64,000 nucleotides of DNA from an uncultured Verrucomicrobiae bacterium (GCA_963718565.1 OY970364.1:1696001-1760000); one strand, 5' to 3'; shown: positions 1-9,993, counted from the stretch's first letter. The notes: generated by a model from the sequence alone, not told the origin. Numbers and translations are program-made.

Positions 1-112
1 TCTGTGGCTTGATCTGCAATACGGACAATTGCTTAAATTTTCCTATCGCAAGCCCATTCTCGCTAAACAAAAACCCCCAGCCCCACCATGAGCATGCATG
101 CCCGTGAAAACG

Positions 113-163
113 TATACGGCGCGCGGTTAGGTTTGGTGAATTTTGACAGGCTGCGACTTTGCC
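113..163. repeat. End of TA-flanked palindromic MITE family D
   Basis: tatacggcgcgcggttaggtttggtgaattttgacaggctgcgactttgcc resembles the reverse complement of the right end of the element at 59150-59381. Confidence 0.55.
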
Positions 164-237
164 AAATAGTCAAAAATCTACTATCAAATAAACCTAAAGT
201 TTAGGTTAATATGCGATTAGAGAATGGAGGTAGCAAA

Positions 238-705
238 ATGATGACGCTAACCAGCCCGGCCTTCACTGAAGGAGGCAAGATCCCATCCAAGCACACTTGT
301 GAAGGAGACAATGTCAACCCTGAACTCTTAATCAGCGACGTTCCCAACAATGCCAGATCGCTTGTTTTGATCATAGATGATCCCGATGTCCCTGAATTTA
401 TACGTAAAGAAAAAATGTATGACCATTGGGTGGTTTTTAATATTCCCCCTTCAACAACCAAGATCCCCGAAAATTCTCAGCCTCAGGGCACCCCTGGCAA
501 AAATACTGGAGGCGGTCTCAATTATTTCGGTCCTTGCCCTCCCGATCGCGAGCATCGCTATTTCTTCAAATTATACGCTTTGGACTCGGACTTGCTCTCT
601 CTTCCCAAAGGGGCCTCTAAAAAAGATGTCGAACAGGCGATGCAAGGACATATTATTGCCAAGGCTCAATTAATGGGCCGCTATGAAAAACAGAAAAAAA
701 GCTAA
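238..705 (+). CDS. YbhB/YbcL (PEBP/Raf kinase inhibitor-like) family protein
   Basis: Motifs LTSPAF, DDPD, HWVVFNIP, GPCPP, HRYFFKLYALD; GGAGG upstream of ATG 238. Confidence 0.9.
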   Translation: MMTLTSPAFTEGGKIPSKHTCEGDNVNPELLISDVPNNARSLVLIIDDPDVPEFIRKEKMYDHWVVFNIPPSTTKIPENSQPQGTPGKNTGGGLNYFGPCPPDREHRYFFKLYALDSDLLSLPKGASKKDVEQAMQGHIIAKAQLMGRYEKQKKS

Positions 706-729
706 CTATAGAGGGAATTCAGATACTGA

Positions 730-1160
730 GTACGTCCTTAAAAACTCATGGCAAAAGTTGAAGACCATTTTGATCCATGCCTAATCAAGATCGATAAGTG
801 GTAAGTTTGGCATGGATCAAAATGGTCTTCAACTTTTGCCAGAGTCTTCAAGGAAGTTAATGTACGTGCTACCAGTCAAGGTGTGGCCGGAGAGGCTGTT
901 TGATAACGCTCATGAACAAATTGTGCTAAATCGATCGGATCCCCTCGAAACCACCGACTCAAATACTCCCAAAAGCTCACGCCAAGTCTGGCGCATGTCT
1001 GCTTGAGCGTCAATAGGCCGTCTCGAAATTGTCTGCCCTCTACGCTTTTGGTAGTGCCAGAGATATTTCTTCGTTTAGCCACACCTCGGATATCTTGCTC
1101 ACTGTCATTATTGTGCAGGGGAAGGCCGGGATGATCAAGCGCTTTTAGCATTTCTTCGCG
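730..1160 (-). mobile_element. IS66-like remnant: terminal inverted repeat, subterminal hairpin and transposase C-terminal fragment (876-1151)
   Basis: PLHNNDSEQDIR...KRRNISG...LKQTCARLGVSFWEYL is an IS66-type transposase C-terminus; starts GTACGTCCTTAAAAAC; 730-1061 is repeated at 46745-47076. Confidence 0.75.
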
Positions 1161-1182
1161 GTATTTGGAAAATGAAACAATG

Positions 1183-1460
1183 TTACACTACCCTTTTTTC
1201 GGTACTTTTTCCCCATATGTTCTTCAAGCCGGTTGAGCCAATCATCTCTCTGAAGCCAAGGAACAGCGTGCAGTTCTGAATGGATCTTAGAAAGGCAAAT
1301 GCGGTATCTACATCTAAAACAATCTCATCTTCAACACCAGTATATTTTCTTGGGAGGGTATCTAGAGTCAATTTGGAATATTTAGGTGCTTTAAGAAGTG
1401 CGATCATAGCTGCTCGACCGACTTCATAACTTGGAAAAATGGCAAAGGTGTATTTTTGTT
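1183..1460 (-). pseudogene. Degraded gene fragment (FAIFPSYEVGRAAMIALLK...)
   Basis: Protein-like segment whose upstream part is broken by stops; truncated by the IS66 remnant. Confidence 0.3.
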
Positions 1461-1762
1461 CCTTCCCCTGTTCATTATGATTGACTTGCGATTATTCTAG
1501 TTCCAGCTATTTCGTGTAAATCATTTTTGAGAGCTGAACAGGTGACTGATATCGAGAAGATCACCTCAGCGATGTAAGCTTTCCCTCAATAGAAATTGCA
1601 TTTTGTTGGCAAAGAATTCAGAAAAATCTCTGAAGGTTCAGATCATTTGCGTAAAAAAAATGCGGAATTTTCCTTTTGTGCGCCGTGACTTTCTTAAAAC
1701 ATTCTTGCATTAAATTTTAAATTTGTGTGTAGTGATTTTTTTCTTAACATAAGGAGTATGCT

Positions 1763-2974
1763 ATGATTGGGAACGTTGCGAAATTTTGTGCGGTCTTTTT
1801 TTGCATTTTCGGGTTGGAAATCGCATCGGCTACTGAGATCTATTCTTTCTTTTTACAACGTCAAGATGGAACGATTTTGGAGGGCTATTTTTCTCCTCCT
1901 AGCACAAGTAGTTCTCCCATCATTTTCGCAAATCAAGGATCATCTTGCCAAAGTATATTGCAGTGGCACAAAGATCTATGCGATCAAGCCAATTCCCTGG
2001 GTTTAGGGATAATCAGTATAGAAAAACAAGGGATTTCCAAAGAGAGTATTGACTTTTTAGAATATTATCAGACCAATTGTCTTCAAAAACGCATGGAAGA
2101 TTCGATGTTTTGCATTGAAAACATGCATCTTATCTGTCCTGAATGGGAAGGAAAAATGATTTTTTGGGGCGAATCTGAAGGTGGCATGATAGCAGCCAAT
2201 TTAGCTGCTCACACACCTCAAACAGCAGCCGTTCTATTATTTGCTACAGGTGGTGGTCTAAAACCGCGAGAAGAAGTAAAATGTTCGCTTCGTCTCCGTT
2301 TAGAAAAACATGGCGCGGTGCAAGATGAGATTGATCAATATATGATTTCCTTGGAAGAACAAATGGATGCAATGATACTCGACCCAACGCCAAATAAGCA
2401 ATTTTTGGGTAATACCTATAAATGGTGGACCTCTCTTCTCGCCGCAGATGAAGCATCACTGCCTCTCCATCAACATTCTCTTCCGATTTACCTTGCCCAT
2501 GGCGTTGAAGATAGTCAAATCCCTATTCTCAGTGCAGATCTTGCTGCTAAAAACTTAAAGGAAACAAATAGTCTCACTTATCATCGTTTGGAAGGCTATG
2601 GTCATAATTTGGATACTGTGGACATCCATACTGTGGCTTACCAGTGGTTACATTCGATTCTTTGCGGAAATGAACAATTGAATAATGACCAAATTGGTCT
2701 GACAGTTTCATCTGCAGCGCCTTCTTCAGAGGATTGGGAAACAGATATCGCGCATTACACTTTCAGTCTCGGTAGAGGAGAGACTCATGGAGGAGCAAAA
2801 GGAAGTAGAGACTCAGAAGGCAATGAGAACGCTTCAGTCGATGTTGGGGCTTCATATCAATTTGATAACGGCGTTAGATTGGACATAGATGCCGGGGCTT
2901 CTGCGAACAAAGACAGTCAAGGGAATACCAAAGGAGAAGTGTATGTTGAAGGAAGGGTTTCGAAAGATTTCTAA
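1763..2974 (+). CDS. Secreted alpha/beta-hydrolase with Gly-rich C-terminal beta-strand tail
   Basis: Signal-peptide-like N-terminus; GESEG nucleophile elbow, HGVEDSQIP (Asp), EGYGH (His); AGGAG RBS; paralog at 45558-46608. Confidence 0.85.
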   Translation: MIGNVAKFCAVFFCIFGLEIASATEIYSFFLQRQDGTILEGYFSPPSTSSSPIIFANQGSSCQSILQWHKDLCDQANSLGLGIISIEKQGISKESIDFLEYYQTNCLQKRMEDSMFCIENMHLICPEWEGKMIFWGESEGGMIAANLAAHTPQTAAVLLFATGGGLKPREEVKCSLRLRLEKHGAVQDEIDQYMISLEEQMDAMILDPTPNKQFLGNTYKWWTSLLAADEASLPLHQHSLPIYLAHGVEDSQIPILSADLAAKNLKETNSLTYHRLEGYGHNLDTVDIHTVAYQWLHSILCGNEQLNNDQIGLTVSSAAPSSEDWETDIAHYTFSLGRGETHGGAKGSRDSEGNENASVDVGASYQFDNGVRLDIDAGASANKDSQGNTKGEVYVEGRVSKDF

Positions 2975-4628
2975 TCTTTTAAAATATTTGGTGTTTCTTG
3001 TAATCGGTGTAACATGCACTGCTGTCTTAATCCATTTCTGTTTTAGCGGCTATTTTAGTTCCCATGAGATTAGCTATGACGAATATAATTTCCCTCTCAT
3101 TGATGCCGAATTGCAAGGGAAAAACTATTCATTAATTGTGGATCTAGGTTTCCGCTTTCCTTTATTTCTATGTAAAGACACATTGGACGGGATCGATAAA
3201 CAACCGCGAGGGGTAGGCCAATGGCATACCCTCGCAGGTCAAACACGCGAGGCACCTTCTTATCTTATTCCTGAAATGAGGTTAGGGAACCTAACCATGA
3301 AAAACATCATAGCTAATCAAATGATGGAAAATACGCGGCCTGGTCACTTGGGGGGGTTTTTCGGAGGAGAATTCAATCTTCTTTTAGATTTTCCTCATGA
3401 CAGAATCATCGCTTCGGATACTTTTTCCAAACTTCGGGGGAAAAAAATTGCTAACGATGATTGGATAAGCATTCCATTTGAGATGCATCGAGGTGGAATC
3501 GTATTTTCTGTCGATACTGACTTTGGGCCTTTAAGACTTGTTCTTAAAACCGCATGCACATTGAACCATCTCCGTTCGTCATTTTTTCTTTCTAATGCCC
3601 CTTTTCCTTCTGTCTCATCTTCCTTCTCCTTAGAAGGTAGGCATTTTGGCAATGTCAAATTTCATCCTATCGAATTACCAGAGATTCTGAATGAAATTGA
3701 TGGATTTATTGGTATGGATTTTCTCAAAAAACACGCTATTTATCTCGATTATGGGCGTAAAATCGCTTATGTTGAGCCACCTGAAAGTTATTTTGAGCAT
3801 ATTCCCGTCACTTTTGCTAGTCGTGGTAGCCCAACCATCAGTGTATCTATTGAAGATAATGCTTATCCTTTAGAACTAGATCTTGGCAGCTCTTTTCCAT
3901 TTTCTCTATGCGAAAAGACTTTACAAAATCTTCGCAAGATTTCTTATGGCACCGCAGAATGGAGTGATTTTAGAGGACAAAGATATAAATCACCTGCCTA
4001 TACAATTCCAAAGATCAGGATTGGCAATCTAACATTCGACAATATGATCATTCGACAAAATAGGGAGGATTTTCATGTCAATGCGACATTGATGAATACC
4101 CCACTACAGCCTATTGGTACTATTGGATTGCCCATTCTGGAAAAATACAATCTGTTCCTAGACTTTCAGCATTTTGCCATCTATGCCAGCAGTGACTACT
4201 TGGCCCTGCGGCAAGCCGGCCTTGTTTCTCATAATTTTCTAACTATCCCTTTCACCCTTCATCAAGATGGTATCTTGATCTCTGTTGAAACAGATATGGG
4301 CATTTATCGCCTCATCCTTGACACAGGCGCTACTCACACGGTGATACGGCATCCTCATCCAAACTTTACAAAGCAGTTCTGCCTAATGGGATGTGATTTT
4401 GGGTCACGCTCTATCATCCCTGTTGATTTGAGTTCTCAATTTGATTTTGATGGCTGCCTTGGTCTAGATTTTCTTCGCGAGTATCCTATTTTTATCGACT
4501 ATGCCAATCGAAGCATCCTTCTCGATTTACAATATGAAAAAGACAAGGAGTCTTCTAAATCGATTTCTAAAGTAGATGAGATTACACAAGTTAAGGACAG
4601 GGGAAATCTATTTGTTGTTTCGGCCTAG
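2943..4628 (+). CDS. Membrane-anchored multi-module retropepsin-like aspartic protease
   Basis: N-terminal TM helix; four modules with IVDLG, VLKTA, ELDLG, ILDTG and closing motifs such as DGFIGMDFL, GTIGLPIL, DGCLGLDFL; start overlaps upstream gene with GGAG RBS. Confidence 0.8.
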   Translation: MLKEGFRKISNLLKYLVFLVIGVTCTAVLIHFCFSGYFSSHEISYDEYNFPLIDAELQGKNYSLIVDLGFRFPLFLCKDTLDGIDKQPRGVGQWHTLAGQTREAPSYLIPEMRLGNLTMKNIIANQMMENTRPGHLGGFFGGEFNLLLDFPHDRIIASDTFSKLRGKKIANDDWISIPFEMHRGGIVFSVDTDFGPLRLVLKTACTLNHLRSSFFLSNAPFPSVSSSFSLEGRHFGNVKFHPIELPEILNEIDGFIGMDFLKKHAIYLDYGRKIAYVEPPESYFEHIPVTFASRGSPTISVSIEDNAYPLELDLGSSFPFSLCEKTLQNLRKISYGTAEWSDFRGQRYKSPAYTIPKIRIGNLTFDNMIIRQNREDFHVNATLMNTPLQPIGTIGLPILEKYNLFLDFQHFAIYASSDYLALRQAGLVSHNFLTIPFTLHQDGILISVETDMGIYRLILDTGATHTVIRHPHPNFTKQFCLMGCDFGSRSIIPVDLSSQFDFDGCLGLDFLREYPIFIDYANRSILLDLQYEKDKESSKSISKVDEITQVKDRGNLFVVSA

Positions 4629-4844
4629 CTATAAAAAATCCTATAATAGGAGTATTTGGAAACTTGTGCCTCAGGAATTCTTTAGCTGCCTTGAAATGAG
4701 TTCCTTTAATAAGCGTATCATCGAAAAGCCAAATTTCTTTAGGCGTTGGGTTAGTTGCTTGTTCATTTAGGGTAAATTTCTACTAAGCTACAAACATCTT
4801 TGACTGAATCCGAGTTGCTTCAGATTGCACGTACAGTCATTGTG

Positions 4845-4995
4845 TTGATCTGCCGCTTTTGTTATAGTTATATTTAGCAGATGAAACATAAGGTTTGTCT
4901 TAACCTGCCAGTTATAGATGAACTGTAACCGGCAGATGAGGCGAAAACGTTGTCCTGATCTGCCAGTTATAGACAGCGCAAGAGTGGCAGGTTAA
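4845..4995. repeat. Three 55-bp-period units each containing CTGCC-N21-(G/A)GCAG
   Basis: CTGCC at 4850, 4905, 4960; GCAG ending at 4880, 4935, 4990. Confidence 0.75.
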
Positions 4996-5039
4996 CGCAG
5001 TCATTTATAATACATTTATCCTGAACATGTTATGCCTTA

Positions 5040-6548
5040 TTGGACTTCATGAAAAAAGATTCCTCTACTGAAACCAATCCCCTAGGCAAGGTGATTGGCC
5101 GTGAAAATGAGAAGGAAATACTAAAAGAAATCATCGCATCCAATAGAGCGGAATTTGTCGCCGTCTATGGACGCCGGAGAGTAGGAAAAACCTATCTCAT
5201 CAGAAATTTTATAGCATCAACTCCATGTGCGTTTTTCCACGTTACAGGCATTCAGAAGGCCGCATTGGAAGAGCAGCTGGAAGAGTTTGCAAAACAAATA
5301 GGGGCTACCTTTTATCAAGATGCGTCGATTACCCCTAGGAAACGCTGGAGGGACGCTTTCGAAGATCTCACTCAAGCAATTTCCAAAATTCCACGGAATA
5401 AAAAAATTGTGCTCTTTTTTGATGAGCTGCCTTGGATGGCAACTCCCCGCTCAAAACTGCTTGCAGCCTTAGAGTTATATTGGAATCGCTATTGGGTGTT
5501 CGATCCCAGGATCAAGCTCGTTGTCTGCGGCTCAGCCACCTCATGGATTATTGAAAAAATCATCAATGACAAAGGCGGCCTTCACAATAGAGTAACTCGA
5601 ACGATTAATCTGAGGCCTTTTTCTCTTAATGAGACAAGACAATTTTTGAAAGCGCACCATATTGATCTTGAACATCGGCAAATTCTGGATCTCTATACTG
5701 TGTTCGGAGGCGTACCTCTTTATTGGTCTTATGTCCGTAAAGGTCGCTCTGCTCATCAGTGTATAGATGAGATGTGCTTCCAGAAGGATGGAGCTCTGGT
5801 TAAAGAATTTGGGCGGCTTTTTGCTTCCCTTTTTGAGGATCCCAAACCTTATATGGACCTCATTAGAATCGTCGCACAGCATCGATATGGGATTGGTCAA
5901 GCCGATCTAATCGCCAAGTCTAAACTCCCTCCCGGAGGAACCACAGCCCATCGATTGGAGCAATTAGAGGAAGCAGGATTCATCACTGCTCTCGTTCCCT
6001 TTGGCCATAAAGATAAAGGGGTCTACTACGTCATCGACGATGAGTATAGCCTTTTCTATTTGAATTGGATAGAGTCTAATTTGAATTCAATAGCTAAAAA
6101 GGCAAAAAACAAAGGATTTTGGCTGTCCCTATCTCAGAGGCCATCTTGGAAGAGCTGGTCAGGTCTCTCATTTGAATCAATATGCTATAAACATATCGAC
6201 CAGATTCGTCATGCCCTAAAACTAGAACCGGGGTCAATTGCATCGACTTGGCGTTATAAACCCCGATCTAAGACGGATCAAGAAGGAGCTCAGATTGATT
6301 TGCTTTTTGATCGTCCCGATGGCTCGATTACCATTTGCGAGATCAAGTGCTCCGATGGCCCTTTTGCTATCGACAAATCCTATTCACATGCCTTGTTAAA
6401 GAAGATGAATGTTTTTCGAAAGCAGACTAGAACAAGAAAACAGCTATTTCTAGCAATGGTGACCACCTTTGGCCTCCAGCCAACGATGTACTCGGAGGAA
6501 CTTGTAACAAATACTGTTGTACTCGAAGATCTATTCAAAGAGATGTGA
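5040..6548 (+). CDS. AAA/archaeal-type ATPase with wHTH and C-terminal PD-(D/E)xK nuclease-like domain
   Basis: Walker A GRRRVGKT, Walker B LFFDE, CGSA, C-terminal QIDLLFD...ICEIK. Confidence 0.85.
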   Translation: MDFMKKDSSTETNPLGKVIGRENEKEILKEIIASNRAEFVAVYGRRRVGKTYLIRNFIASTPCAFFHVTGIQKAALEEQLEEFAKQIGATFYQDASITPRKRWRDAFEDLTQAISKIPRNKKIVLFFDELPWMATPRSKLLAALELYWNRYWVFDPRIKLVVCGSATSWIIEKIINDKGGLHNRVTRTINLRPFSLNETRQFLKAHHIDLEHRQILDLYTVFGGVPLYWSYVRKGRSAHQCIDEMCFQKDGALVKEFGRLFASLFEDPKPYMDLIRIVAQHRYGIGQADLIAKSKLPPGGTTAHRLEQLEEAGFITALVPFGHKDKGVYYVIDDEYSLFYLNWIESNLNSIAKKAKNKGFWLSLSQRPSWKSWSGLSFESICYKHIDQIRHALKLEPGSIASTWRYKPRSKTDQEGAQIDLLFDRPDGSITICEIKCSDGPFAIDKSYSHALLKKMNVFRKQTRTRKQLFLAMVTTFGLQPTMYSEELVTNTVVLEDLFKEM

Positions 6549-6623
6549 AGCCAGTAATTGACAAATAATTTGTTTAATCATTAAGGTGAGAATCAGTGTT
6601 TTATCTAACTTTTTGGAGGCAAA

Positions 6624-7013
6624 ATGCAAATGCAAAACGCAATGTGGTTGGCCAGCATTTTCGGCCCCTTATTGATGATCGTAGGGATCTGGATGCTATT
6701 TTACCATGAGAACATGTTAAAAGTGTGTACATCCTGCAAGAACACCCCTTCTGTCCAATACATGTGGGGCTTGATTAACATGTTGATTGGTCTTGCCATA
6801 TTGAGCCAATATAACATGTGGACTTGGAGCCTTCCTTTGCTAGTTACGCTATTAGGGTGGCTGACACTAATACGCGGTGTCATGGCGCTCTTTGTACCGC
6901 AATTATTGCTGAAGCTGATGATGAATGATCCAGGTTGGCTCAAGATCAAAGGAATTATTCCTTTGATTTGGGGCTTTGGCCTTTGCTGGTTGGCTTTCTG
7001 GATGCAACAGTAA
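6624..7013 (+). CDS. Small 4-TM membrane protein
   Basis: Four hydrophobic segments; GGAGG RBS. Confidence 0.8.
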   Translation: MQMQNAMWLASIFGPLLMIVGIWMLFYHENMLKVCTSCKNTPSVQYMWGLINMLIGLAILSQYNMWTWSLPLLVTLLGWLTLIRGVMALFVPQLLLKLMMNDPGWLKIKGIIPLIWGFGLCWLAFWMQQ

Positions 7014-7080
7014 GTAATATGTGAAGGGGCCTAAGGTTAGAGCTTTAGGCCTAATCTGAGTTTTTACCCAAAAGTGAGCA

Positions 7081-7125
7081 TTTCTCGATGAAGAATTTTC
7101 CTAGAGGAAAATTTTCATCGAGAAA
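7081..7125. repeat. Intergenic near-perfect hairpin
   Basis: tttctcgatgaa-g-aattttcct-ag-aggaaaatt-ttcatcgagaaa. Confidence 0.6.
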
Positions 7126-7356
7126 GTAAATTACCCCATTTGCTCTCTTGAAATACGCGCGTCTCAAATAAGTTTTCTCCAAAATTCACCCCGTAAAAAC
7201 AAAAAAGTTCAAAAGAATCTCCAATCTGTAAAGGGGGGGGGTCTTTCAGTCCCCTGACTGGTGCTACAGCGGGAAATCCTCGCTTTTTGCTTCTCTTGTC
7301 GGATATGAGGGCTTTGAAGTATGCTGGTTAAAAACTATTCTCTTCAAAGGACAGTT

Positions 7357-9993
7357 ATGCGCTCTAAATTCTGGATCTCGATGTTACTCTGTCTTAGCTT
7401 TTCATTGGGATGGACTTCTCCAGAGCCCATTAAGCCGGTAGCTCCTGGGCTCAAACAACGGCAGCCCCATTGGCGTCCCAAAGTCTTGGAAAATTATCAG
7501 GAGGGACAACCCCAACGCGTTCTTTTTTACGAACAGATCGGGGCGACCAATGAAGCTCCTGTAAAGCAGGTGCTCTTTTATCGCAATGGTCAGATTAAGA
7601 CAGAGATGGATTTGATCGAGGTCGCAGAAGATTCCCCTGGAGCTAAAGAATGGAAATCGACAATTGTTCCGCATGGAATGAGTCTCTCTTTTTTCTCAAA
7701 TGGCCAGCCGGAAAGAGTTGCTTTTTATGATCGAGGAATTCTCCATGGAGAGGCGAAAATCTTTTATGCGAATGGAAAATTGCGTAGCCAATGCACCTTC
7801 AAACAAGGCGAGCGTCATGGGGAGATGATTTCTTATTTCGAGGAGGGAACAAAAGCGGAAGAGGCCACATTTGAAAATGGAAAGGTCATCGGCGAATTGA
7901 TCAGATATCATCCTAAAGGCAATCGCGCCGCATTAATTCCCTATGAGAATGCTGTTCCACATGGAAATGCAATGGAGTGGTATCCCAGTGGTGCTTTAAG
8001 AGCAAATTTACGCTATCAAAATGGGGTTTTTCATTCCGATGGGAAAAATCCCGCTGTAGTCATTTATGCGGAAGACCGTTCGATTCAAGAAGTCCAAGAT
8101 TTCAATCAAGGGGAACCGATAGGGACCCATCTTCGCTATTATCCCAACGGAAAAGAAGCTTACAAAGTCCAATATAAAAATGGGCAAAAGCAAGGGAAAG
8201 AGCAGTTTTTTGCACAAGATGGAAAAGTGATGGGTGAAGGGGAATATAAAAATGGGATTCCTTATGGCAAACATTGGCGCAATGCGGAAAATGGGACGCT
8301 AGTTTACCTCGCTGATTATGATAAAGAGGGCAAGCTTTTGGCTCCTGTAGAAGAATTTACCCCTGAGGGCAAAAAGATCGCAGAGTATTTCTTTCTTGAG
8401 GGTAAACGCCATGGTGTCTTCCGACAATGGTTTGCAGAGGGTACTCCTCATGTGGATTTCAATTATAATCATGGCGTCTTTGACGGAGAACAGAAAGAAT
8501 ATTACGAAAATGGCCAGATGAAGGTTAAGGCGTTTTATCACAACAATGCCAAGGATAAGATTTTTGAAGAATGGTATGAGAGTGGGCAAGCCTCAGCATG
8601 CTATGAATTGAAAAATGGCGTTAAGCACGGCCTTTGTCGTGATTGGTATCAGGATGGGACTCCTAAACTCGAAGAATTCTATGTGGATGGAAAGCTCGAC
8701 AAAACGCGAAAGGAGTGGCACGCTAATGGTGTGCTGCACTTGGTAGGCGATTTTGCTCTTGGCAAGAAACGGGGTATGCACAAGCAATGGAATGAAGCCA
8801 ATGAGCTGATCATGGAAGTGCGCTATGAAAATGATCTTCCCGTGGGGACTGCTAAAACCTGGTATGCGAAAGACAAGCTCAAGCAAGTCGTCCCATTTGA
8901 AAATGGCAAACGACAAGGAAAAGAAGAAGAGTATTATCCCAATGGGCAATTAAGAGCTGCCGTCGATTATAAGGAAGGCACGCCCGATGGAGAAATGAAA
9001 GCATGGTATGAAGATGGCACACTTTGTTCTGTGAAATCATTCCGTGCTGGTATTCCTATAGGAGAACACAAAGAGTATTTCTCCAAAGCAGATCTTCAAA
9101 ACGACCTCCTTCCAGAAAATGCTTCTAAAAAATCAGTGTTGCAACTCGCAAGCCATTTCATTTACAACGCAGAGGGGCAATTTCAGGGAGAACAAAAGAC
9201 CTATTATCCGGATGGGACGCTCCATACATTGATTATCTATGACAAAGGAGATCTCCACGGTGTCAAGGCGATGTGGGACAATCAAGGCAATCTTTTGGAA
9301 GAAGCCGTTTATGAAAATGGTAAACTCAATGGCCGTTTCTTTGAAAGAGTTCAAGATGGTCGTGAAATTATTTTCCACTACAAGGATAACCTGCGCGAAG
9401 GAATCCATGAGGTGTTTTATCCTTCCCATGAATATTTCGGCAAAGTCCGTGCACTCGAGGTGAATTTCGTCAACGATCTTACCGAGGGGGAAGCGATTGA
9501 ATACAATGAATCCGGAGTCAAAATTTCAGCAACTCCTTATGTCCATGGAATGAGAGAAGGAATTGCAAAGGTTTTTTCCGCTAAAGGCCAAATGTTAATG
9601 GCGATCGAATTCCACAATGATAAGCGCAATGGACCGCTGCTTCAATATTTCCCCGATGGCAAACTTTTTGTCGAAAGTTCCTATGTCAATGACCAGAGGG
9701 AAGGAGAAGAAAAGACTTATTATGAAAGTGGCAAACTCGCTAAGAACATCCCTTACAAAAATGATCAGATCCATGGTTTATATTGTGAATGGAATGACCA
9801 AGGAATTGTGACTTTTGAAGGAGAATTCAAAGAAGGCAAACGTCATGGCAAATTCAATAAGTATTACGATGATGGGAAGCCTCGCTTGCTGCAAACCTTT
9901 GTTGAAGATGAATTACATGGAATTAAAAAGAGCTTTGATCAAGATGGCATAGTCTCGGAAACGCGCTATGACAAAGGCGTCAAAGTTGGTTAA
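7357..9993 (+). CDS. Exported MORN-variant repeat (YwqK-like) protein
   Basis: Signal peptide followed by many repeats of the form YxxGxxHGxxxxYYxNG. Confidence 0.85.
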   Translation: MRSKFWISMLLCLSFSLGWTSPEPIKPVAPGLKQRQPHWRPKVLENYQEGQPQRVLFYEQIGATNEAPVKQVLFYRNGQIKTEMDLIEVAEDSPGAKEWKSTIVPHGMSLSFFSNGQPERVAFYDRGILHGEAKIFYANGKLRSQCTFKQGERHGEMISYFEEGTKAEEATFENGKVIGELIRYHPKGNRAALIPYENAVPHGNAMEWYPSGALRANLRYQNGVFHSDGKNPAVVIYAEDRSIQEVQDFNQGEPIGTHLRYYPNGKEAYKVQYKNGQKQGKEQFFAQDGKVMGEGEYKNGIPYGKHWRNAENGTLVYLADYDKEGKLLAPVEEFTPEGKKIAEYFFLEGKRHGVFRQWFAEGTPHVDFNYNHGVFDGEQKEYYENGQMKVKAFYHNNAKDKIFEEWYESGQASACYELKNGVKHGLCRDWYQDGTPKLEEFYVDGKLDKTRKEWHANGVLHLVGDFALGKKRGMHKQWNEANELIMEVRYENDLPVGTAKTWYAKDKLKQVVPFENGKRQGKEEEYYPNGQLRAAVDYKEGTPDGEMKAWYEDGTLCSVKSFRAGIPIGEHKEYFSKADLQNDLLPENASKKSVLQLASHFIYNAEGQFQGEQKTYYPDGTLHTLIIYDKGDLHGVKAMWDNQGNLLEEAVYENGKLNGRFFERVQDGREIIFHYKDNLREGIHEVFYPSHEYFGKVRALEVNFVNDLTEGEAIEYNESGVKISATPYVHGMREGIAKVFSAKGQMLMAIEFHNDKRNGPLLQYFPDGKLFVESSYVNDQREGEEKTYYESGKLAKNIPYKNDQIHGLYCEWNDQGIVTFEGEFKEGKRHGKFNKYYDDGKPRLLQTFVEDELHGIKKSFDQDGIVSETRYDKGVKVG

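Noticed and set aside
4845..4995. CRISPR array
   Set aside because: Only three degenerate units, no identical repeats and no cas genes; kept as an operator-like array instead.
7357..9993. Toxin-antitoxin system based on the YwqK antitoxin-like repeats
   Set aside because: MORN-variant repeats are generic, the protein is large and exported, and no toxin gene is adjacent.
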